Positions 9,012-16,968 of a stretch of DNA of 34,375 bases are shown here, piece after piece (within the stretch, counting starts at the first letter, position 1; the number at the start of each line of letters is the position of its first letter). Source of the DNA: Patescibacteria group bacterium (lineage in GTDB: Bacteria > Patescibacteriota > Minisyncoccia > Phycocordibacterales > CAIZLB01); assembly GCA_030917685.1 (NCBI GenBank), contig JAUPUG010000056.1, forward strand, positions 1 to 34,375. Direction: 5' to 3'. Made by a program: the position numbers and the translations under genes. The notes under the pieces were generated by a model. That model did not search any database and had not been told where the DNA came from. It saw only the letters and a list, made by a program, of their open reading frames with translations.

Positions 9012-9070
9012 GCTGTGCAGTTTAGCAGAGAATGAGGGTTAAATAAAGGTCATTTGATTTCGAAAGAGTT

Positions 9071-9313
9071 CTACTTCCCCTGCCCCTGCATCAACTTCTG
9101 TAGTTCACCTTGATGCTTTCGCATAACTTCCATAGTTGCCGCCATATCAGTACGCCCTTGTTTCTTGAGAGCTTCAACTTCCTTTGCGATATTCTCAAAA
9201 AAAGCAGGATTACTTTCTACTAAGCCAATAATTCGTTCTTGTTCAGCCTCAGGCACCCCTTTCATCTGGCGCTTGAGCATCTGTTTCATTAAAAAGTTTT
9301 TGAAAAATGCCAT
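9071..9313 (-). CDS. Small helical hypothetical protein (80 aa).
   Basis: ORF between the HK and ychF on the same strand. Charged, helical composition. No motif recognised. Confidence 0.5.
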   Translation of the reverse strand: MAFFKNFLMKQMLKRQMKGVPEAEQERIIGLVESNPAFFENIAKEVEALKKQGRTDMAATMEVMRKHQGELQKLMQGQGK

Positions 9314-9369
9314 ATGGAGAGAAGTTTATCACAGCGACTCCAAAAATCAAAAAAGCTAGGTGGGGCAAT

Positions 9370-10929
9370 TTACTCAATAGGCAACGCCACACTAAATGTA
9401 GAACCCTTGTTTTCACCATATGACTCAACCCAGATTCGTCCATTGTGTTTCTCTACGATATTTTTTGCCATAAAGAGACCAATTCCCATTCCTTCAGTAT
9501 CTGCATGTCGAGCATTCTGACTTCGATAAAACTTAGAAAATACATGAGGTATGTCTTCTTCGCTAATACCAATACCACTATCCTTTATACTTATGATAAC
9601 CTCGCCTCCAATCTGTCGAATTTTAATCTCAATAGTTCCACCTTCAGGTGTATATATGAGTGCATTTTCATACATAATTTGTATTGCAAACTGAAGGCGT
9701 GTTTTATCAGCTTTCACCTTAACGACATTTGGGCCAACGTCTACATGTACTTTAAGTAACTTATGTTCAATTTGATCGCTATGCGAATTACTAATTTCTT
9801 TAAAGATATCAGCGACATCTATACTTGAGAAATGGTATAGATACAGATCATTATTATTTTGAGAAGCATCAATAACGATATTTGTAAGTTCAAAAAGTCG
9901 CATACTTGCAAACTGAATTTGCTGAACAGCCTTATTTCTTTCTTCTAGATCAGTCATTTCTCGGAGATCTTCAGCGAGCCATCGAATATGAGTGAGTGGT
10001 GTTCGGAATTTGTGACTAATATTGTTTATAAACTCATATTTCAAAAGATCTGCTTCACGAATCTGCTTCCACACAAAAAGACTAACGATTACCACACTTA
10101 GACCCGATAAGAGTGGAAGTAGCCAAAGCGGAAAACCATCATATTTAAATGTTAAATAATTGTTAAAGATATTTACAAATACAATAGTGATACCGATAAA
10201 TAGTGAATAAAATGCATAAATAAGTGCATTTCTTGCTGCTACGTGAATGTCGATAATGTCATACTTAAATACACCATACGCCAATGGAATAGAATACAAA
10301 CCTATAGAAGCTATATATAAAGGATTCGTCTCTATAACTCCATATACAGTAGCAAAGATGATCCCAGCTACTCCATATGCCCACCCAAATGCTACGAGAA
10401 AATACTTCAATCGATTCTTTTCGCTTGGTTCTGCTCTTCTATACAATCGAGCAATCGAAAAAAGAAAATACAGTACAACTATTGAAAAATATGATAGGTA
10501 AACCCAATAGTACGGCCCTGGTACAAAATAACTTGGTAAATACAAATAAGACTCCGAATATGACACGAAGTTTGTCGTGTCCATTGCAAAAAATAGGATG
10601 AGAGCAACGCCTACTGCATACATAAGTTGCAGCCCACGCTTATGCTCTTTTACTTTATTAAACATTGAGAATGCTAGATGGGCATTAAAACAAACAGTGA
10701 GGATGGTTATTAGAGCAAAAGACAAGTAAAATTGGGATTCAACAGGGTCAGGAGTGTTTACTCCTAGTAGATACGCACAAACATACGCAACAAATGTAAG
10801 ACTTGTTAGTGCAAATAAAATATTTGGTAACTTTGTAATTCCACGAACAAAAACAATTACTGAAAGAATACAACCGAGCACGGCACCAGCAATAAATCCT
10901 AAATTATGTATAAACAGTTCAATTTCCAT
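9370..10929 (-). CDS. Sensor histidine kinase with an N-terminal multi-TM (7TM-type) sensor domain. No response regulator is adjacent.
   Basis: H-box FINNISHKFRTPLTHI, N-box ENALIYTPEGG, G1 IKDSGIGI, G2 GMGIGLFMAKNIVEKHNGRIWVES. About 7 hydrophobic helices in the first 290 aa. Confidence 0.9.
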   Translation of the reverse strand: MEIELFIHNLGFIAGAVLGCILSVIVFVRGITKLPNILFALTSLTFVAYVCAYLLGVNTPDPVESQFYLSFALITILTVCFNAHLAFSMFNKVKEHKRGLQLMYAVGVALILFFAMDTTNFVSYSESYLYLPSYFVPGPYYWVYLSYFSIVVLYFLFSIARLYRRAEPSEKNRLKYFLVAFGWAYGVAGIIFATVYGVIETNPLYIASIGLYSIPLAYGVFKYDIIDIHVAARNALIYAFYSLFIGITIVFVNIFNNYLTFKYDGFPLWLLPLLSGLSVVIVSLFVWKQIREADLLKYEFINNISHKFRTPLTHIRWLAEDLREMTDLEERNKAVQQIQFASMRLFELTNIVIDASQNNNDLYLYHFSSIDVADIFKEISNSHSDQIEHKLLKVHVDVGPNVVKVKADKTRLQFAIQIMYENALIYTPEGGTIEIKIRQIGGEVIISIKDSGIGISEEDIPHVFSKFYRSQNARHADTEGMGIGLFMAKNIVEKHNGRIWVESYGENKGSTFSVALPIE

Positions 10930-10942
10930 ACTGTCCAGTATA

Positions 10943-12265
10943 CTATGATTTGTATGATATATCCTGTGGATACGAACCTTTCTTGTATGTTAAAACATTT
11001 TTGCCAGACTTCCTTTTTACACTCTTCTTTGAAGCAGACTTAATCTTTTTCACAATCTCCCATCCTTTTTGTATTTGATTGAAGCTTACGAACCTGTCTG
11101 CATCATAGTAGAACGCATCTAAAAATATCTGCTCGTATGCATCTTTTTTACCATATCCATTTACCAATATTTGAATGGGTTCAGCTTTTTTGTTTGATGG
11201 ATACAAAACTATTGAAGAATCTGATTCTGCTAGTGCTTTTCCTCCTACAAGTAGCACTTGAAGACCTCCCCATCTCTTAGAAAGTGGGTGTTTCCCCTTT
11301 TTCATCTCAGTGTGAGCCTTGAAAAAAGTTTCTGTAATAGAATCAGGCCGAACACCTGCTGTTGAAGCAAAGCCTTCGTATTGGGCAAGAACAGGACTAT
11401 TGTTTCCAGTTTTAACTGAGATGAGGGACAAGGATTCTGCTCTGAGCGTAGAAAGATTATCTGCTTTGAGATTGCTGTTCTTGGTAGTTTTCTTCTGCTC
11501 CACTATTTTATGATCTACTCCGAGCTCTGGTATTGCGAGTATCGTAGCGAGCATGTGTAGCATGTGGTTTTGTCCGATATCATTAAGTGCACCTACTCCA
11601 TCATAAAACGAACCTCGCATTGAAACGTCTTTCGACTCGACAAAATTGACTTCAATTTTTTTAAAATTCTTAACACTCAACATATCTCTGAATATTCCCT
11701 GCCGTGCGACCTGTTCGAGTTCAACTAGAGCCTGTTTACCTGCATAATGGTCGACTCTAAGTATTTGGTCTTTCTTTAACTTTCGGTTAAGTAGATTTTC
11801 TAATCTTTCAGATGAATCAAAATCGAACCCAAATGGCTTCTCGATAGCTATTTTCCTTTGATTACTTTTAGAAAGAACTCCAGACGAAGTAAGCATTTGC
11901 ACTACAGTATATTGATGTATAGGGGGTATTGAGAGATATATAACTGTTTCATTATTCAAAACAGATTCAAGTTTTTTGTAACCTGAAACATCATCGAGTT
12001 CAGATTCAATATACGTCCATTGCGATACATAGTCTCTAATAGCAGATGCACTTATGTCACGCTCTTCTGAGGCCTCTTTGTATTTTGTTACAACCTCCTC
12101 AATAAAGTTTTGAAAGTCTACTTTTGTAAACTTTTTTCTGCCAAAGCCAACGAACGAGCTTTTCCGACTAATCTTTCCAGTTCTATGTAAATTAAAAAGC
12201 GCTGGAATAAGCTTTTGCTTAGCCAGATCTCCAGTCACACCAAAGAGAACCAATTCTTTAATCAT
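10943..12265 (-). CDS. zwf: Glucose-6-phosphate 1-dehydrogenase.
   Basis: LFGVTGDLAKQKLIPAL (NADP-binding GxxGDLA) and RVDHYAGKQ (the RIDHYLGKE active-site motif). The track ORF extends to a GTG at 12280. The ATG at 12265 (MIKELVLFG...) is preferred because TATACT (12272-12277) lies 6 nt upstream. Confidence 0.9.
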   Translation of the reverse strand: MIKELVLFGVTGDLAKQKLIPALFNLHRTGKISRKSSFVGFGRKKFTKVDFQNFIEEVVTKYKEASEERDISASAIRDYVSQWTYIESELDDVSGYKKLESVLNNETVIYLSIPPIHQYTVVQMLTSSGVLSKSNQRKIAIEKPFGFDFDSSERLENLLNRKLKKDQILRVDHYAGKQALVELEQVARQGIFRDMLSVKNFKKIEVNFVESKDVSMRGSFYDGVGALNDIGQNHMLHMLATILAIPELGVDHKIVEQKKTTKNSNLKADNLSTLRAESLSLISVKTGNNSPVLAQYEGFASTAGVRPDSITETFFKAHTEMKKGKHPLSKRWGGLQVLLVGGKALAESDSSIVLYPSNKKAEPIQILVNGYGKKDAYEQIFLDAFYYDADRFVSFNQIQKGWEIVKKIKSASKKSVKRKSGKNVLTYKKGSYPQDISYKS

Positions 12266-12327
12266 GGTTTTAGTATACACTATTTAAGATTTTGGTTGGA
12301 CAGTTGCAGAATTAGCTAAAACAAAGG

Positions 12328-13677
12328 CTAGTTTGAGGTAGTAGAGGTTGCAATATCTGAAGTCGTACTCGTTGCTGTAGTTGAAGTTCCGACTGTAGAA
12401 TCAGTAGATGATGCTATTTCGAGCGGAACCCCTACTTGTGAAAATCCAGGTAGAGAAAGCGCTTCCTCAATAACAGATTTTAGAGAAGGATCTGAAGAAT
12501 ACTCAGCTGTGATGAGTGTCTCAGCATCAACCAAATACTCACCAGCTTTTTGGAGATCAAGAAGGGCGCTTGCGTATGAACTTGAAGCGATTTTTTGTGA
12601 TGCTGTAGCTATGAGATTGTCAGACTCGGTAATATATGAAAGTGATGTTGTAATTCGAGTTGACTGAGAACCAGAAGACGTATTAGCTATTCTTTTAATT
12701 TCAATAGTTTTAAATTTAATTTCCGCTAATCGTGCAAGGAGTTTCTCTCTGTCTAAAGTATTATCTCCTGCTTCGGCTGCCTGAAGCATTGACCTTGCGG
12801 CAGTTGTAGTAGCAATCTGCGCTTTTATTGTTGCAATGAGTGATGCGATGTGAACATTTGAACCTGAAGTAGAGTCCACAGACATCAGAGCAGGAGCTAC
12901 AGTATCAGTTGTGCTTCCAGCATCAGCTAAGATAGAACTAGTGGACATTTCTGTAGATGTAGCTGATGTTGATGATGGTTGCTTAGCACTAGTGCTCGTA
13001 GCGACTTTGTTGTTTGCAGCCAAAACTACAGCTTGGTCAGTATTATTACTTGAAATCTTCTCTAAAATCAGCTCGTGTGCTCGAAGTGATGACTCAAAAT
13101 TGAGACTGATTTCTTGAGCGGCACGGATATTTTTAGTTGATACCAAAGAAGCTACTTGATTTTTGATTTGCCCAGCTTGTTTTAAAAGTTCTGACTGAAT
13201 TATAGAACTTGTTTCTGCATTTAAAAGTCCTTTTGAAGAAAGGAGTGCAACCTCTTTGAGTCGACGATCTGTTACCTCCAGTGCAAACTTCGCTTTAGCT
13301 TCTGGTGTGACCGCTGTAAGGCCTCGAACCTGCTCGTTGAGACCAAGCTTTACTTTGTATAGAAAATCACCAGGAAGAGCACCTTCAGCTGCTAGTGAAG
13401 TACCACCAGTAGCAATCAAGAGAATAGCCAGGGAAAGTGCTGGAACAAACTTTTTTTCCATAAAATATGAATACCATGCTGTCTCTAGTGTCGATACTAC
13501 AGATGACTTTTGGTACCCCACTTCTGCTATACGGCCTGTACGTGCAGTAACCTCATGAGCAGCCTCAATTTTCTCGATAGAAGACCAAGCACGCATAAGA
13601 ACCTCAGATTTTTCATCTTCGGTCATTCTTACTCGCTGTAAGTTATCTATGAGATTGTTGAGTTTGTAATGTTTCAT
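12328..13677 (-). CDS. DUF5667-like membrane protein, the probable anti-sigma partner of the upstream ECF sigma. It has a Ser/Thr-rich low-complexity tail.
   Basis: Lies immediately downstream of the ECF sigma gene. One TM (FVPALSLAILLIATGGTSLAA) is followed by LPGDFLYKVKLGLNEQV (DUF5667-type start, from memory). S/T-rich stretches. Confidence 0.7.
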   Translation of the reverse strand: MKHYKLNNLIDNLQRVRMTEDEKSEVLMRAWSSIEKIEAAHEVTARTGRIAEVGYQKSSVVSTLETAWYSYFMEKKFVPALSLAILLIATGGTSLAAEGALPGDFLYKVKLGLNEQVRGLTAVTPEAKAKFALEVTDRRLKEVALLSSKGLLNAETSSIIQSELLKQAGQIKNQVASLVSTKNIRAAQEISLNFESSLRAHELILEKISSNNTDQAVVLAANNKVATSTSAKQPSSTSATSTEMSTSSILADAGSTTDTVAPALMSVDSTSGSNVHIASLIATIKAQIATTTAARSMLQAAEAGDNTLDREKLLARLAEIKFKTIEIKRIANTSSGSQSTRITTSLSYITESDNLIATASQKIASSSYASALLDLQKAGEYLVDAETLITAEYSSDPSLKSVIEEALSLPGFSQVGVPLEIASSTDSTVGTSTTATSTTSDIATSTTSN

Positions 13678-13705
13678 TGGCCTGTTAAATTATACTTTGC
13701 TTTCC

Positions 13706-14224
13706 TTATTGCTTATCGAACATATCTTGGAGTTCTTTGAGTGCTCTGTGTATCTTTACCGAAATGGTATTTTCACGTTCATCCAAAACTTCCGATATTT
13801 CTTTGACTGAAAGTCCTTCGACGTACCTGAGTAGTATCACTTCTCGTTCCTTGTCTTTTAATTTGTTTACAAGTTCGAGAGCTCGCTTACTATCTAGACT
13901 TCGAGCCATTGTGTGGTGACTTTCAGTATCCATAGGGTCAAAGCCGTCTTCCTCAAGAATATCAAGTGATATTTCTTTCTTTTTTCGATAATTGTCAATT
14001 ATAGCGTTGTTCGCTATTCGGTATAAAAATGCCTTTACATTGTCTACCTGGCCGTCTGCGGCTACATATTCCCAGTATCGGACAAAAGTGTCCTGGACAA
14101 TATCCTTAGCTTTTTCGCGGTCAGAGAGCTTGAAAAATGAGAATCGGAACAAGGCATCAGCATGGAGCTTGTAGGCTTCATGGAAGTCTTTTTTTAGAAT
14201 TTCATTGTGTTTCTGGTTCGGCAT
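13706..14224 (-). CDS. ECF-type RNA polymerase sigma-70 family factor.
   Basis: 172 aa. Region 2 (DIVQDTFVRYWEY...YRIANNAIIDNYRKK) and region 4 (LRYVEGLSVKEISEVLDERENTISVKIHRALKELQ). Confidence 0.9.
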   Translation of the reverse strand: MPNQKHNEILKKDFHEAYKLHADALFRFSFFKLSDREKAKDIVQDTFVRYWEYVAADGQVDNVKAFLYRIANNAIIDNYRKKKEISLDILEEDGFDPMDTESHHTMARSLDSKRALELVNKLKDKEREVILLRYVEGLSVKEISEVLDERENTISVKIHRALKELQDMFDKQ

Positions 14225-14279
14225 AACTAATGACGCGAAAAGCTCGCATTTATTACATCATTGGATATAATATTAACAT

Positions 14280-15233
14280 ATGAGTAAGCAAAGGGTAAAT
14301 AAAAGTGTACATCACAATACAAATCACTCGCCAGCTCGTCCTACAACCCGACCTCGAAAAGGACGGACTGTTGCCACACCTTCTTACCTCAAGATACTCT
14401 CCGTTTTCTTATTTTTTGGTGTGTCTTTACTTATGACGGGAACAACGACTTTTCTTTACAAACTAGGACTCGACCCTGTCGAATTCTACTCAAACATGGC
14501 TAACCCATATATGAAATTGGTCAATATCCCGGCAGGTCTTCGGCGTGAAGAAGTAGCACTCAAATTCGCAAAAGTGCTCGGATGGGATCAGGAGAATATC
14601 GATGCATTTCTCAAGACCGCCCCAAGTGATGAACGTGGAGCTCTCGATGGATACTATCTCCCTGGCCCTTATTGGGTGAAAACAACCTCAACCGGGGCTG
14701 ATGTTGCAAATCAAATGCTTCGCAATTTTAATTCAAAAGTTTCTGAACAGATACTTTCAAAGAAAACTACTTTTGTGCAAAAGATGAACTTGGACACAGC
14801 TGTTCGTGTGGCGTCCATTATCCAAAGAGAAGCTGCTGGAGACGTGGACATGCGAATTATTTCTGGGGTTATCTGGAATAGAATGTTCAAGGGAATGAGC
14901 TTGGAAATGGATGCAACCTTGCAATATGCTAAAGCATCCGAACAAGATCAAAAAGATGGCCTCGTAGCGGGAGCAAGCTCCACTATAGTATGGTGGCCAA
15001 AGGTTGCGAGTAAAGACAAGTACATCAACTCCCCTTTTAATACGTATCAGAATAAAGGCCTTCCACCGACAGCTATTGCAAACCCAAGTCTGAAAGCAAT
15101 AGCGGCAGCTTTCAATCCTGCAAAAACTGATTGTCTATTTTACATCCATGATAATAATCGAGGTTTTCACTGTGAGAAGACATATGAAGCACATAAAGAG
15201 AATGTGCAAAAGTATTTAGTTGGAAGGAAGTAA
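14280..15233 (+). CDS. mltG: Endolytic murein transglycosylase MltG (YceG family).
   Basis: N-terminal TM. ASIIQREAA (catalytic Glu motif) and FNTYQNKGLPPTAIANPSLKAIAAAFNP (YceG signature). Confidence 0.9.
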   Translation: MSKQRVNKSVHHNTNHSPARPTTRPRKGRTVATPSYLKILSVFLFFGVSLLMTGTTTFLYKLGLDPVEFYSNMANPYMKLVNIPAGLRREEVALKFAKVLGWDQENIDAFLKTAPSDERGALDGYYLPGPYWVKTTSTGADVANQMLRNFNSKVSEQILSKKTTFVQKMNLDTAVRVASIIQREAAGDVDMRIISGVIWNRMFKGMSLEMDATLQYAKASEQDQKDGLVAGASSTIVWWPKVASKDKYINSPFNTYQNKGLPPTAIANPSLKAIAAAFNPAKTDCLFYIHDNNRGFHCEKTYEAHKENVQKYLVGRK

Positions 15234-15268
15234 TTGATTTTTATTTAAACAGTAAAAAAATAGAGTAC

Positions 15269-15297
15269 TTGACACTAAGATATATATGTGCTAGTAT
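15269..15297 (+). promoter_or_regulatory. Near-consensus sigma-70 promoter (TTGACA-17 nt-TAGTAT).
   Basis: ttgaca 15269-15274, 17-nt spacer, tagtat 15292-15297. No coding ORF follows on the plus strand. Confidence 0.55.
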
Positions 15298-15303
15298 GAT
15301 AGA

Positions 15304-15743
15304 CATGTTGTCCTACTCACTAGGATGGCACGAAAGGATAGACTTCTTAAGTTTACACCCTTAGCGTGCCAAGACATAGTCCCTCAGCAAAGCCTTCAAG
15401 GTAATGCAATGGACCAGCATGGTGGTGTTGTCCACTGATGCATTGCGTGAAAGCGCGTGCTGTACATTAGAATTGAACAGAGAAGCAAACTTGGTGCTTG
15501 AAGGTAGCATGAGGAAACGAATGCGAGAATAAAGACAAGATCGTGGCTGCAGGTCTAACGAAAGACAAATTCGCATGACAGGTAAAGACCGGGTACCCAT
15601 GCCTCTTGGAAGACAGAGGTGTTACCGGAGTACATATACGACTCATCAAAACTTCTCTCAACCCATTCAAGGGTAAGGCCGGCCAGGAAACAATCATGAC
15701 AATTTACAAATAATTGTTCACGACTTCCTGGCCGGATTTTTTT
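15304..15743 (+). ncRNA. Unclassified structured RNA candidate of about 440 nt.
   Basis: It has its own promoter and terminator and no plus-strand ORF. GC is higher than the flanks. Helices: 15311-15315/15321-15325, 15327-15332/15365-15370, 15406-15411/15441-15446, 15521-15526/15571-15576, 15599-15606/15615-15622. Long-range 7-mer complementarity between 15479-15485 and 15652-15658. Confidence 0.5.
15679..15743 (+). terminator. Strong Rho-independent terminator.
   Basis: ccggccaggaa(15679-15689)/cttcctggccgg(15724-15735) enclose an inner acaat/attgt hairpin, followed by T7 (15737-15743). Confidence 0.75.
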
Positions 15744-15746
15744 ATA

Positions 15747-15780
15747 ACAAAAATCCAATCTCTAGTAGATTGGATTTTCA
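15747..15780 (-). terminator. nrdB terminator, usable in both directions.
   Basis: aaaatccaatc(15750-15760)/gattggatttt(15768-15778). The minus strand reads ...gattggatttttgtt. Confidence 0.6.
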
Positions 15781-15834
15781 TTTCTTACGTCTTTCTTTTA
15801 CTCTCCAAAAATTCTCCTTACTTCTTACTCCGCC

Positions 15835-16851
15835 TTATTCCCCCTTCGCCGCTTTATCCGCAGCATCTGTATTATGAGATTTTGTATCTACCTCATAACT
15901 TGTGTTCTGCGCTTCAAAGAAGTTTACGAGCTCGTACACGTCTGTAGCTGTTGCCATCCACTTCGCAGGATTTGCTGCATTGTAGTGCTTTTCTAGACCC
16001 AACTCTTCGAGTCGTCGATCAGCAACGTACTGCACGTACTGGTTTACATAGTCTGCATTGAGTCCAAGAATTCCATTTGGGAACAAGTCCTTATTGTATT
16101 CGAGTTCTACGTTCACACCTTCGATAATGATATTTTTAATTTCATCAGCGAATTCCGGAGTCATAAGGTCATCATTTTCTTCGAGTACTGTGTGGATGAG
16201 GTTCATGCCGAATCGAAGGTGAAGACTTTCATCTCGAAGTACCCAGTTAATCATAGATGCAAAGTTTCGAAGTTGGTTTCTTTGTCTAAATGACATAACT
16301 ACCATGAATCCACTGTAAAACCAGATTCCTTCCATAACAATATTTGTTGCCACAAGGTTTCGTACGAAGTCTTTTCGTCCCTCTGTAGTTTCAATATCAA
16401 GCCGAGTCTCAGTCATTCGCTTGAGATATTTTTCAATGAATGCTTCCTTGTTGATCATTGAAGGTGTCTCGAGGTGATTCTTGTACACTTTCTCTTTATC
16501 GAATGGGAATGTCTCGAGTACATACTCAAATGATACACAGTGGTTTGCTTCTTCCCACATCCATTTTGCCAAAAACAAGTGAGCCTCCGGAGATTTTAGA
16601 TATGGATAAATACCAAGAGCAATAGATCGGTTTACAATAAGTTCTCCTGGGTTAAAGAAGGACATTACAAACTCTACTGCATGTCTTTCATCTGCTGTCA
16701 TCTTTGCAAAATCCTGCAAGTCTTCTTTGAGCGCAATTTCATGTGGAAACCAAGTGTTTCTCACTGCCTGATTATAGAGTTCATACGCCCATTTATACTT
16801 AATAGGATGAAGTGTTGTGTCTGTTGGTGATGGTCTTCCTACGATTGCCAT
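15835..16851 (-). CDS. nrdB: Ribonucleotide reductase small subunit, class Ic (R2c-type, Mn/Fe, lacking the radical tyrosine).
   Basis: 338 aa. PIKYKWAYELY, FFNPGELIV (Glu70 at the first-ligand position), EEANHCVSFEY (E101-x-x-H104, Phe108 at H+4, codon 16528-16530), MEGIWFYSGF and RDESLHL. The layout matches the Chlamydia trachomatis R2c as I remember it. Confidence 0.92.
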   Translation of the reverse strand: MAIVGRPSPTDTTLHPIKYKWAYELYNQAVRNTWFPHEIALKEDLQDFAKMTADERHAVEFVMSFFNPGELIVNRSIALGIYPYLKSPEAHLFLAKWMWEEANHCVSFEYVLETFPFDKEKVYKNHLETPSMINKEAFIEKYLKRMTETRLDIETTEGRKDFVRNLVATNIVMEGIWFYSGFMVVMSFRQRNQLRNFASMINWVLRDESLHLRFGMNLIHTVLEENDDLMTPEFADEIKNIIIEGVNVELEYNKDLFPNGILGLNADYVNQYVQYVADRRLEELGLEKHYNAANPAKWMATATDVYELVNFFEAQNTSYEVDTKSHNTDAADKAAKGE

Positions 16852-16968
16852 TTTAATTTAAGTTAATTTTGCGACGGGGTCGCACTTCTGATAAAGGGTT
16901 TCTAAAAATCACGCCGCAAACATACCAGCATTGTGACTATATGTGCTCACACATTGAAGTTGCCACGA

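Noticed and set aside
15304-15743. Calling the 440-nt RNA RNase P RNA (rnpB).
   Set aside because: Only short motif resemblances exist (AACAGAGAAGCAAAC, GGUAAAG, AUAGUCC, GACAGA). The invariant GGAAAGUCC is absent. The putative P4 3' strand is better explained by a local 8-bp hairpin (15599-15622). I could not find P1/P2 pairing or a P15 loop. The region stays unclassified until a covariance-model search is run.
15361-15758. Three overlapping minus-strand ORFs (79, 76 and 67 aa) in the mltG-nrdB gap.
   Set aside because: They occupy all three frames of the same GC-rich stretch and have Cys/Arg/Leu-rich nonsense composition. There are no start signals. The promoter and terminator are on the opposite strand.
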